Shown here: in pieces, positions 39,140-50,364 of the stretch | How positions within the stretch are numbered: position 1 is the stretch's first letter | How the letters are laid out: each line of letters starts with the position of its first letter | Origin: Haliotis cracherodii | Taxonomy: Eukaryota | Assembly (NCBI RefSeq): GCF_022045235.1 | Contig: NW_027266294.1 | Coordinates: 496,001 to 560,000, forward strand | DNA: 64,000 nt | Direction: 5' to 3' | Notes under the pieces: generated by a model | What the model was told of the DNA's origin: nothing | What the model saw: the letters and a program-made list of their open reading frames with translations, nothing else | The model's database searches: none | Translations under genes and position numbers: made by a program

Positions 39140-41493
39140 ATTGTCACATGACCATGTGCTGACAGAGTGTCACATGGTCTGGGAATTGCTGACAGATTGT
39201 GACATGGTGGGGATGTGCTGACAGAGTGTGACATGGTCTGGGAATTGCTGACAGAGTGTCACATGGTGGGGATGTGCTGACAGAGTGTCACATGGTGGGG
39301 ATGTGCTGACAGATTGTCACATGGTGGGGATGTGCTGACAGAGTGTCACATGGTGGGGATGTGCTGACAGAGGGTCACATGGTGGGGATGTGCTGACAGA
39401 ATGTCACATGGTGGGGATGTGCTGACAGAGTGTGACATGGTGGGGATGTGCTGACAGAGTGTCACATGGTCGGGATGTGCTGACAGAGTGTCACATGGTG
39501 GGGATGTGCTGACAGAGTGTCACATGGTGGGGATGTGCTGACAGAGTGTCACATGGTGGGGATGTGCTGACAGAGTGCCACATGGTGGGGATGTGCTGAC
39601 AGAGTTTCACATGGTGGGGATGTGCTGACAGAGTGTCACATGGTGGGGATGTGCTGACAGAGTGTCACATGGTGGGGATGTGCTGACAGAGTGTGACATG
39701 GTGGGGATGTGCTGACAGAGTGTCACATGGTGGGGATGTGCTGACAGAGTGTCACATGGTGGGGATGTGCTGACAGAGTGTCACATGGTCTGTGATGTGC
39801 TGACAGAGTGTCACATGGTGGGGATGTGCTGACAGAGTGTCACATGGTGGGGATGTGCTGACAGAGTGTCACATGGTGGGGATGTGCTGACAGAGGGTCA
39901 CATGGTGGGGATGTGCTGACAGAGGGTCACATGGTGGGGATGTGCTGACAGAGTGTCACATGGTGGGGATGTGCTGACAGAGGGTCACATGGTGGGGATG
40001 TGCTGACAGAGGGTCACATGGTGGGGATGTGCTGACAGAGTGTCACATGGTGGGGATGTGCTGACAGAGTGTCACATGGTGGGGATGTGCTGACAGAGTG
40101 TCACATGGTGGGGATGTGCTGACAGAGTGTCACATGGTGGGGATGTGCTGACAGAGGGTCACATGGTGGGGATGTGCTGACAGAGGGTCACATGGTGGGG
40201 ATGTGCTGACAGAGTGCCACATGGTGGGGATGTGCTGACAGAGTTTCACATGGTGGGGATGTGCTGACAGAGTGTCACATGGTGGGGATGTGCTGACAGA
40301 GTGTCACATGGTGGGGATGTGCTGACAGAGGGTCACATGGTGGGGATGTGCTGACAGAGGGTCACATGGTGGGGATGTGCTGACAGAGTGTCACATGGTG
40401 GGGATGTGCTGACAGAGTGTCACATGGTGGGGATGTGCTGACAGAGTGTCACATGGTGGGGATGTGCTGACAGAGTGTCACATGGTGGGGATGTGCTGAC
40501 AGAGGGTCACATGGTGGGGATGTGCTGACAGAGGGTCACATGGTGGGGATGTGCTGACAGAGTGCCACATGGTGGGGATGTGCTGACAGAGTTTCACATG
40601 GTGGGGATGTGCTGACAGAGGGTCACATGGTCTGTGATGTGCTGACAGATTGTCACATGGTGGGGATGTGCTGACAGAGTGTCACATGGTGGGGATGTGC
40701 TGACAGAGGGTCACATGGTCTGTGATGTGCTGACAGATTGTCACATGGTGGGGATGTGCTGACAGAGTGTCACATGGTGGGGATGTGCTGACAGAGTGTC
40801 ACATGGTGGGGATGTGCTGACAGAGTGTCACATGGTGGGGATGTGCTGACAGAGTGTCACATGGTGGGGATGTGCTGACAGAGTGTCACATGGTGGGGAT
40901 GTGCTGACAGAGTGTCACATGGTGGGGATGTGCTGACAGAGTGTCACATGGTGGGGATGTGCTGACAGAGTGTCACATGGTGGGGATGTGCTGACAGAGT
41001 GTCACATGGTCGGGATGTGCTGACAGAGTGTCACATGGTGGGGATGTGCTGACAGAGTGTCACATGGTGGGGATGTGCTGACAGAGGGTCACATGGTCTG
41101 TGATGTGCTGACAGATTGTCACATGGTGGGGATGTGCTGACAGAGGGTCACATGGTCTGTGATGTGCTGACAGATTATCACATGGTGGGGATGTGCTGAC
41201 AGAGTGTCACATGGTGGGGATGTGCTGACAGAGGGTCACATGGTCTGTGATGTGCTGACAGAGGGTCACATGGTGGGGATGTGCTGACAGAGTGTCACAT
41301 GGTGGGGATGTGCTGACAGAGTGTCACATGGTGGGGATGTGCTGACAGAGTGTCACATGGTGGGGATGTGCTGACAGAGGGTCACATGGTCTGTGATGTG
41401 CTGACAGAGGGTCACATGGTGGGGATGTGCTGACAGAGTGTCACATGGTGGGGATGTGCTGACAGAGTGTCACATGGTGGGGATGTGCTGACA
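39140..41493. repeat. Minisatellite, 29-bp unit GTGCTGACAGAGTGTCACATGGTGGGGAT, ~80 copies
   Basis: Direct periodicity. Confidence 0.98.
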
Positions 41494-41965
41494 CATGTCC
41501 GTGGTGAGTGCTGAGCTCCAGATGATGGAGCCGGCGTGTTGGAAGGAGGGTAATGTAGCAGCCAGCCCACAATTTACTGCGGCCTGTGACCAGTGAAGGA
41601 TGAGGCTGAAGATGACAACACTTTTACGTTAAATCAGAATTAAGTGTGTGGCGATTGTGTGGGGTAATGTGCGGCTTAATGAAGCAGTTTGTGGGTGCTT
41701 GAGAGGAATACGGAATGTAACAGCCCCATCGGGAAGCCCCACTGCCCCCTGCACTCACAGCCCGATCAATGAAATGAGAAGGATGCACGATTTAAATGAA
41801 TCATGTGTGTCAAGATTCTGGCCTTTTTAGTCCCAATCCTACTTCCAACTGTGATAGACTGTTCTTACCAGGACATAGGGGAACGATTCAATAAACTCGG
41901 GTCTCATGGCAATCCTAAATTTGACTATAATACGTGAACAATGCTACTTCATACATTTGGAAAAT

Positions 41966-42130
41966 AAACTGTTCAGGTCAGACATTCAGAGAACACACTG
42001 TTTCAGGTCTTGCGTTCAGAGAAACTGTTCAGGTCTTGCATTCACATAAACTGTTCAGGTCTTGCTTTCACAAACAGTTCAGGTCAGACATTCACGCAAA
42101 CTGTTCAGGTCGTGCATTCACACAAACTGT
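41966..42130. repeat. Degenerate ~26-bp repeat AAACTGTTCAGGTC..., ~6 copies
   Basis: Recurring TTCAGGTC motif. Confidence 0.8.
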
Positions 42131-42131
42131 T

Positions 42132-43693
42132 GACACTGTGTGGCTACTTTGATGTCTGACAGTGTGGACACTGTGTGGCTACTTTGATGTCTGGCAGTGT
42201 GGACACTGTGTGGCTACTTTGATGTCTGACAGTGCGGACACTGTGTGGCTACTTTGATGTCTGACAGTGTGGACACTGTGTGGCTACTTTGATGTCTGAC
42301 AGTGTGGACACTGTGTGGCTACTTTGATGTCTGGCAGTGTGGACACTGTGTGGCTACTTTGATGCCTGACAGTGTCAACACTGTGTGGCTACTTTGATGC
42401 CTGGCAGTGTGGACACTGTGTGGCTACTTTGATGCCTGGCAGTGTGGACACTGTGTGGCTACTTTGCTGCCTGACAGTGTGGACACTGTGTGGCTACTTT
42501 GATGTCTGACAGTGTGGACACTGTGTGGCTACTTTGATGCCTGGCAGTGTGGACACTGTGTGGCTACTTTGATGCCTGGCAGTGTGGACACTGTGTGGCT
42601 ACTTTGATGCCTGGCAGTGTGGACACTGTGTGGCTACTTTGATGCCTGGCAGTGTGGACACTGTGTGGCTACTTTGATGCCTGACAGTGTCGACACTGTG
42701 TGGCTACTTTGATGCCTGGCAGTGTGGACACTGTGTGGCTACTTTGATGTCTGACAGTGTGGACACTGTGTGGCTACTTTGATGTCTGGCAGTGTGGACA
42801 CTGTGTGGCTACTTTGATGCCTGACAGTGTCAACACTGTGTGGCTACTTTGATGCCTGGCAGTGTGGACACTGTGTGGCTACTTTGATGCCTGGCAGTGT
42901 GGACACTGTGTGGCTACTTTGATGCCTGACAGTGTGGACACTGTGTGGCTACTTTGATGTCTGACAGTGTGGACACTGTGTGGCTACTTTGATGCCTGGC
43001 AGTGTGGACACTGTGTGGCTACTTTGATGCCTGGCAGTGTGGACACTGTGTGGCTACTTTGATGCCTGGCAGTGTGGACACTGTGTGGCTACTTTGATGC
43101 CTGGCAGTGTGGACACTGTGTGGCTACTTTGATGCCTGACAGTGTCGACACTGTGTGGCTACTTTGATGCCTGGCAGTGTGGACACTGTGTGGCTACTTT
43201 GATGTCTGACAGTGTGGACACTGTGTGGCTACTTTGATGTCTGACAGTGTGGACACTGTGTGGCTACTTTGATGTCTGACAGTGTGGACACTGTGTGGCT
43301 ACTTTGATGTCTGACAGTGTGGACACTGTGTGGCTACTTTTATCCCTGACAGTGTCGACACTGTGTGGCTACTTTGATGCCTGACAGTGTGGACACTGTG
43401 TGGCTACTTTGATGTCTGACAGTGTGGACACTGTGTGGCTACTTTGATGTCTGACAGTGTCGACACTGTGTGGCTACTTTGATGCCTGACAGTGTGGACA
43501 CTGTGTGGCTACTTTGATGCCTGGCAGTGTGGACACTGTGTGGCTACTTTGATGTCTGACAGTGTCGACATTGTGTGGCTACTTTGATGCCTGGCAGTGT
43601 GGACATTGCGTGGCTACTTTGATGCCTGACAGTGTCGACACTGTGTGGCTACTTTGATGCCTGACAGTGTGGACACTGTGTGGCTACTTTGAT
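42132..43693. repeat. Minisatellite, 35-bp unit GACACTGTGTGGCTACTTTGATGYCTGRCAGTGTG, ~45 copies
   Basis: Direct periodicity. Confidence 0.98.
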
Positions 43694-44196
43694 CCCCAAC
43701 TGGTTTTATGGAAGTCTCAATAGATTGCAGCAAGTAGACATGAGCCCAACACACTGAGGCTGCTTGGTGCCGGAATTGATATGCAAATTGGTTCTTGTGA
43801 ATCTGGGAGAAGTATTTTGGACTTGTACTGTTGTGGTGAGACGCAGGTTGGATTCCTTTGTGTGGAGAACATCAAAGAGATCCGTGGTGACAGGCCTCTA
43901 CATAGGCAGGATTTACGTAGCAGTTTGATTTTCCAGTATTTGATTCTGTACATGTGATATGTGTTGGTGAATGTGTTCTGTAGGTAATGGGGCTGGAGTG
44001 GCTGCTGCTGATGCTGCTGCTGCTGGAGATAATGACATTTATTCATAGCTGGAGCTTGCAGATGTATGAAGATGCTTAGAACATGATCAATTTGGGAAAA
44101 GAAGAAGAAACTATAAAATGTTTTTTACATGTTATTTAAAAAACTGTGATGCACTAACATGATAGGACAGACAGCAGGCATCTCCAGTCACTTGAC

Positions 44197-45040
44197 TTTA
44201 TGTAGGATATATGCCATCACATACCACAGTATTGCTGTATCTTATGTAGGATATCTGCCATCACATACCACAATATTGCTGTATCTTATATAGGATATCT
44301 GCCATCACATACCACAGTATTGCTGTATCTTATATAGGATATATGCCATCACATACCACAGTATTGCTGTATCTTATATAGGATATATACCATCACATAC
44401 CACAGTATTGCTGTATCTTATATAGGATATCTGCCATCACATACCACAGTATTGCTGTATCTTATATAGGATATCTGCCATCACATACCACAGTATTGCT
44501 GTATCTTATATAGGATATCTGCCATCACATACCACAGTATTGCTGTATCTTATATAGGATATCTGCCATCACATACCACAGTATTGCTGTATCTTATATA
44601 GGATATATACCATCACCTACCACAGTATTGCTGTATCTTATATAGGATATCTGCCATCACATACCACAGTATTGCTGTATCTTATATAGGATATATACCA
44701 TCACATACCACAGTATTGCTGTATCTTATATAGGATATCTGCCATCACATACCACAGTATTGCTGTATCTTATATAGGATATCTGCCATCACATACCACA
44801 GTATTGCTGTATCTTATATAGGATATCTGCCATCACATACCACAGTATTGCTGTATCTTATATAGGATATCTGCCATCACATACCACAGTATTGCTGTAT
44901 CTTATATAGGATATCTGCCATCACATACCACAGTATTGCTGTATCTTATATAGGATATATGCCATCACATACCACAGTATTGCTGTATCTTATATAGGAT
45001 ATATGCCATCACATACCACAGTATTGCTGTATCCCATATA
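44197..45040. repeat. Minisatellite, 44-bp unit TATATAGGATATCTGCCATCACATACCACAGTATTGCTGTATCT, ~19 copies
   Basis: Direct periodicity. Confidence 0.97.
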
Positions 45041-45106
45041 GAATAAATAATGCTGTATATTATAGATAAAAAGTAATTCTTTATATATCATGCACAATAA
45101 ATAATG

Positions 45107-45889
45107 TAACAAATGTTATATTTGGGATAACACTTTCTTAGTAAAGTACAGATTCTCGTACTTTGTTTGGGTTGAGTCCCGTGCGGGGTTCAAACCCACA
45201 CCTGCCAGAGTGAGGCACCTTATCGTCAGCGCGCAACGTCAGTGATCTAACCCACACTGTCAGAGTGAGGCACCTAATCGTCAGCACACAAAGTCAGTGA
45301 TCTAACCCACACTGCCAGAGTGAGGCACTTTATCGTCAGCACACAAAGTCAGTGATCTAACCAACACTGCCAGAGTGAGGCACTTTATCGCCAGCACACA
45401 AAGTCAGCGATCTAACCCACACTGCCAGAGTGAGGCACCTAATCGCCAGCACAGAAAGTCAGCGATCTAACCCACACTGCCAGAGTGAGGCACCTAATCG
45501 CCAGCACAGAAAGTCAGCGATCTAACCCACACTGCCAGAGTGAGGCACCTAATCGCCAGCACACAAAGTCAGCGATCTAACCCACACTGCCAGAGTGAGG
45601 CACCTTATCGTCAGCACAGAAAGTCAGCGATCTAACTACCAGTTGTCAGACGTCCATTTTTGTGGAAGCCTTTGTGTGCTGGCGATAAGGTGCCTCACTC
45701 TGGCAGTGTGGGTTAGATCGCTGACTTTGTGTGCTGGCGATAAGGTGCCTCACTCTGACAGTGTGGGTTCGAATCCCGGACGGGACTCAACCGAAAAAAA
45801 AGTACAAGAACCTGTACTTTACTAAGAAAGTGTTATCCCAAATATAACATTTGTTACGTTTGACCCCTTTCTAAATGGCATTGTGTATT
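45107..45889. mobile_element. Head-to-head inverted dimer of a tRNA-headed SINE-like element with internal 55-bp tandem amplification
   Basis: Left arm 45106-45636 and right arm 45671-45857 are reverse complements; B box GGTTCGAATCC near 45766-45776; 8 copies of the 55-bp unit on the left, ~2 on the right; CACAATAAATAATG at 45093-45106 and 45890-45903. Confidence 0.85.
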
Positions 45890-47695
45890 CACAATAAATA
45901 ATGCTATATATTATAGATAATAAGTAATTCTGTATTTCATGCACAATAAATAGTGCTGTATATTATAGATAATAAGTAATTCTGTAAATCATGCACAATA
46001 AATAGTGCTGTATATTCTAGATAATAAGTAATTCTGTAAATCATGCAGAATAAATAATGCTGTATATTCTAGATAATAAGTAATTCTGTAAATCATGCAA
46101 AATAAATAATGCCGTATATTATAGATAAATAGAGGATTAACCAGGGAATTTAAGAGCGAATTAAATAGTGTCTTAAATATTGTGAAATATTGTTAACAAA
46201 AAACAAGGGCCCAAGGAACTGTCAGCAGGATTGATCAGGCATGATTCTATAAATACCAACTCAGGCAGCTGATCAGCTGATTACTGCTAGGTAAATCTTC
46301 TCAAATCCACCAATGGATTGTAATATTTTTGAATGAATTTTCCTCTTTAAAACTCATTTTACAGTGAATAAATTATTATGTAAAATGATGATTATTTCAT
46401 GTCATCTTTTTTTTGTTTTTCTTTGTTCCTGAACATGGTGAGCACATGTGTTTTTATTATATGAAAAAAACAACTTATTCAGTGAACAATTTTTCTTTTG
46501 AACATAATATTTAACATCATGACACCCAAAATGTTACTAAATGAGTAATTTAATTTTCCCATATTTGTGAATGACAAGAAACAATGTGAATTTGACAAGC
46601 ACAATACTTTATTGTGTGTGAAACATAGATACATAGGATATATGTAACAATAAATTATCATTTCAATAGTTCTACAAATATTTGCATTTTAATACCCTTG
46701 TAATGTTACATTGTTATTTTACTGCAACAGTCACCTCCAAACTTTATTCTTTTCATATTTTATCAGATTAGAAGTTAAGACTTACTGATAAAAGGTAATT
46801 TAACATTAACATTTTCTTCTTTTTATCTTCATGAAAACAAGACTCATAATAAATTTGTATTTTAGTGACCTGTACATATATGATTTTTTTGTAAAAAGTA
46901 TCAAAAGTAAAATATGACATTGCTAATGTAAAGAAATGAGGTTTATGGTAAAATGTAATAAGAGGACCCATTGTTGGTCATTTCTTCATCTCCCATAAAT
47001 TTGAGTTTTTCTTTGCTTACCATGTTCTGAAAATTTACACATTACAAATTAGAATAATTTAAGGTCTCTGATTAAAATAGCGACACAGCTTTCCACTCTC
47101 AGGCAATTAGATTATGTGAAAAAAAACACTGTAAACCTTGTAATGGGAGAATGATAAATAAAAATACATTTCTTATTTTGTCATATGTCCAGTTTATCAT
47201 CCCAAGAAATGCTAAACATTTATCATTAAAATTAAGCTAGCTATGCATATCGGGGCTCTTTATCTGCCACGGTAATATAACATAGGCATTATTAAAGAAG
47301 TGTTGTTTTATTCAGTAAACATGGTAAATAATAAATCTTTTGTTTTAAGAATATACTTGAGACAAACATAATTCTACATGCCTTTAATACTCTGTTTTGT
47401 CTGTTAATTCTGAACTGTGGCATTGAGTTTCTACCTAAAACTAATTATATGAAATTAATTTTAAGATTATTTCATCCTATCTAAAATACAAATTATATTT
47501 TAAGGTGCATAAATGCAAATCATTGTTGAAAATAAAGAATAATGTTTTTGAAAAAAAAGGCCTGATAAGGTTGATTGGTGCCCACCATCTTTATCTTCAT
47601 CATTTTGTCTGCTCCCTATAATAAATCAAAATAGTAAAGAAAAATTATAAATACATATATTACTTTTTTGAGTTTACATAGATTGAGGTATGACT

Positions 47696-48043
47696 TACTG
47701 TATTCAATGTAATATGCACCCAGGGCGCTCTCAAAACTAGAAATAGGGGCTCTTATTACAATATTATTTTGGTGAAAAAAACAGAGTTGAAAGATAAATT
47801 TTGTGGTTTATGCTGACAGCCTGAAATGTTTATATTCGACAGATATATTTTTCCAGAATCTAAATGCTAATGATAAAGGGTGCATATAACACACGAGTGC
47901 GTATTTATACACGAATAAATAAATCTTATGTACATTGATCAATCGGAAGGGGTGCTAATTGGGATTGTTCACTAGCCAATATATAAGCAAATCTCGCCGT
48001 GGGCGCTTATTAAAGTGGGGCTCTTATTACTTCGAATAAGGTA
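47696..48043. mobile_element. Nested MITE with ~27-bp imperfect TIRs and TA ends (Tc1/mariner-pogo-like)
   Basis: TACTGTATTCAATGTAATATGCACCCA vs reverse complement of the right end TACCTTATTCGAAGTAATAAGAGCCCC (19/27); internal GGGGCTCTTATT motifs. Confidence 0.6.
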
Positions 48044-48576
48044 ATACATTCAAGTTTAAATGTGGTAGTGTAGTTTTTTATAATGAGTTTCTTAATTGTC
48101 CTGACATAGTATGTTTAAATAATTGAAGTCTTCATGTTTTAAAAAAACCCAAATAATTATAGGCCAAAATAAATTAATTCTATTGATCTGGATAAACTCC
48201 ACCGGTTGAAAGGGGAAACAACTGCTGTGGTTGCAAAACATCGTGGTGGTGAGGTGTACGGTCTGTCCGGCAAAGATTGAGCGTTACCTGCATTAACATT
48301 GAATATTGCTTTAGATCCAAATTATTTGAGTCTTTTTTTTCTTAAAATATGAAATTCAAGTCTCGATTATTTTAATATAACTATGAAATATATTTTTGAA
48401 TGATCGGCTCTACGTGACATTTATTATGTGGTTGATAGTTGTTGTTTTTTAAATGTACCAAAAACAATATGGTTTGCTTCACTATTTCATCAGTATTTTT
48501 ACATGAATTAACTGTTTCATTAGCTTTGTTATTAGCCTTGAAAACGCCCAGTAAAGAATGTACCGGAGTGGCTCAC

Positions 48577-48761
48577 CTGGTTCCGTAATATCGATGCGGT
48601 ATCTTGCTTCGGTTACCGTCTCCCCATTCTGCAACTGAATCTCATACATTGGGAAGCTGAAATTCTCTGATATATCTCCACATATCACATCCCTTCCTCC
48701 CCCCACAAATTGTCTCTCGGTTACCCACTTTGGTAGATGGAAACATCGTCACTACGATCAT
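48577..48761 (-). pseudogene. Frameshifted first coding exon within the 2.8-kb insert
   Basis: AAAACATG start context at 48761; donor CCAG|GTGAGC at 48576; peptide ...VGNRETICGGRKG/VICGDISENFSFPMYEIQLQNGETVTEARYRIDITEP needs a frameshift; upstream AGCCAATCAGATTGG (two opposed CCAAT boxes) near 48813-48827. Confidence 0.45.
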
Positions 48762-50364
48762 GTTTTGCCAGCTGGGTATTTCCTGCGATGACACAGCTCT
48801 CCACTCTCAACCAGCCAATCAGATTGGGTGAATAAAAATAAACCACTGCGAATAAACCACTGCTGGCGATTGAAGATCAAGCCCTGTTATGGGAGAATAA
48901 GTAATTCTGTATTTCATGCACAATAATAATGCCGTATATTATAGATAATAAGTAATTCTGTATATCATGCACAATAAATAATGCCGTATATCATAGATAA
49001 TAAGTAATTCTGTATATCATGCACAATAAATAATGCTGTATATTATAGATAATAAGCAATTCTGTATTTCATGTTAAGTAAATAAGGCCGTATATTATAG
49101 ATAATAAGTAATTCTGTATATCATGCACAATAAATAATGCTGTATATTATAGATAATAAGTAATTCTGTATATCATGCTAAGTAAATAAGGCTGTATATT
49201 ATAGATAATAAGTAATTCTGTATTTCATGCACAATAAATAATGTGAGCATTACACTTGAAACTATGTTGCAAATCTGTACTGAAGTACACAAATTAATCA
49301 GGTCATAACACTGCATGGTGATAAACACTGCATATTGTTTATCTGGACTTATGTATGAAAATAATTTCATTAAAATACATTTTTTACATAACTTTGGGCA
49401 AAATTGTGTGAAGTGATTGGTAGCTTGCACAATTTGCCGTTATTTACAGCAACTTCAGTCAGATTAGCGCTATTGAAGCCTTGAAATGAAATTTAGTTTA
49501 TAGAGAATGGATATATATATATCCTAAATGCCATACTTGGACTCATTAAAAGTTATGTTTGTTGTAGTTTGACTTTTATATGTCAGCAAAAAGGTTTCAC
49601 AATCTGAGCGCAGGAGTCTCAACAGTGACTGGTCAAATTGTTTCGTGTGAAAAATATATCCTTCAATAATGTGATCAGCTGTATCAAAGTGCAACACTTA
49701 TGGTTATTATTATTTCTATGTGTAGCTGCAACTAAAGTAACACAATATTGGAATATATTCATGATAGAATATTAATTTTAGAAACAATTCTTACGAGATT
49801 GCATCAACATTCTTTAAAGTAATATCATTGTGTAGTGTATAACCAGATCCCCGGTGGCTTGGTGGCCTCCTTCACAGATATTGTCTTTGTGTGCACGGGA
49901 AGCTGCATTTTGAAAGTCTCAATTCAAGACACTAATTGTATATATATTTTGTCTGTGCGAAGACAGTGGTAATACTGGACACCCAAGTCTTGTGAGTTAA
50001 GTTGGTCTTCAAATGCCAAAGTTGACCAGAGCAGTAAACCAGCCATAGCTTTAGATAGGATGACAAGTTTTCAAATGTAATTTTCTCAAAATGGCAGACA
50101 GAAGCCAAGGTCATTTGAAGTAATCCTGAAACAAGAACCAGGGTGAGCATCATCAGTGGCTGCCGGACCAGGTCATGATGTGAGGAGCACGGGGATGTCA
50201 GTTTAATCCCGGGGTGAATCCAATAATCACGTGTAGTTCTATGATGGCCCACATCTGTTGTGGGAACCTGGACACACAGACAACCGTTCCCCCATCCGCA
50301 ACATGACACCAACAGCATCCGTAACTCACATCTATAACTCTGTAGAACTCTATAGTAGAACTGT

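Larger units (their letters stand above)
46129..48897. mobile_element. 2.8-kb AT-rich composite insertion, possibly a non-autonomous Crypton-like element
   Basis: Interrupts the 52-bp unit in phase; only a 4-bp AATA repeat at the ends; the right-end motif GACACAGCT.TCCACTCTCA...ATGGGAGAAT also occurs at 47082-47151; family assignment is inference. Confidence 0.55.
45041..49243. repeat. 52-bp AT-rich minisatellite (AATAAATAATGCTGTATATTATAGATAATAAGTAATTCTGTATATCATGCAC) split into three pieces by two insertions
   Basis: Same unit at 45041-45106, 45890-46128 and 48896-49243. Confidence 0.92.

Noticed and set aside
43717-44046. 109-aa minus-strand ORF with poly-Q
   Set aside because: Poly-Q comes from a short CTG run; no recognisable domain or splice support
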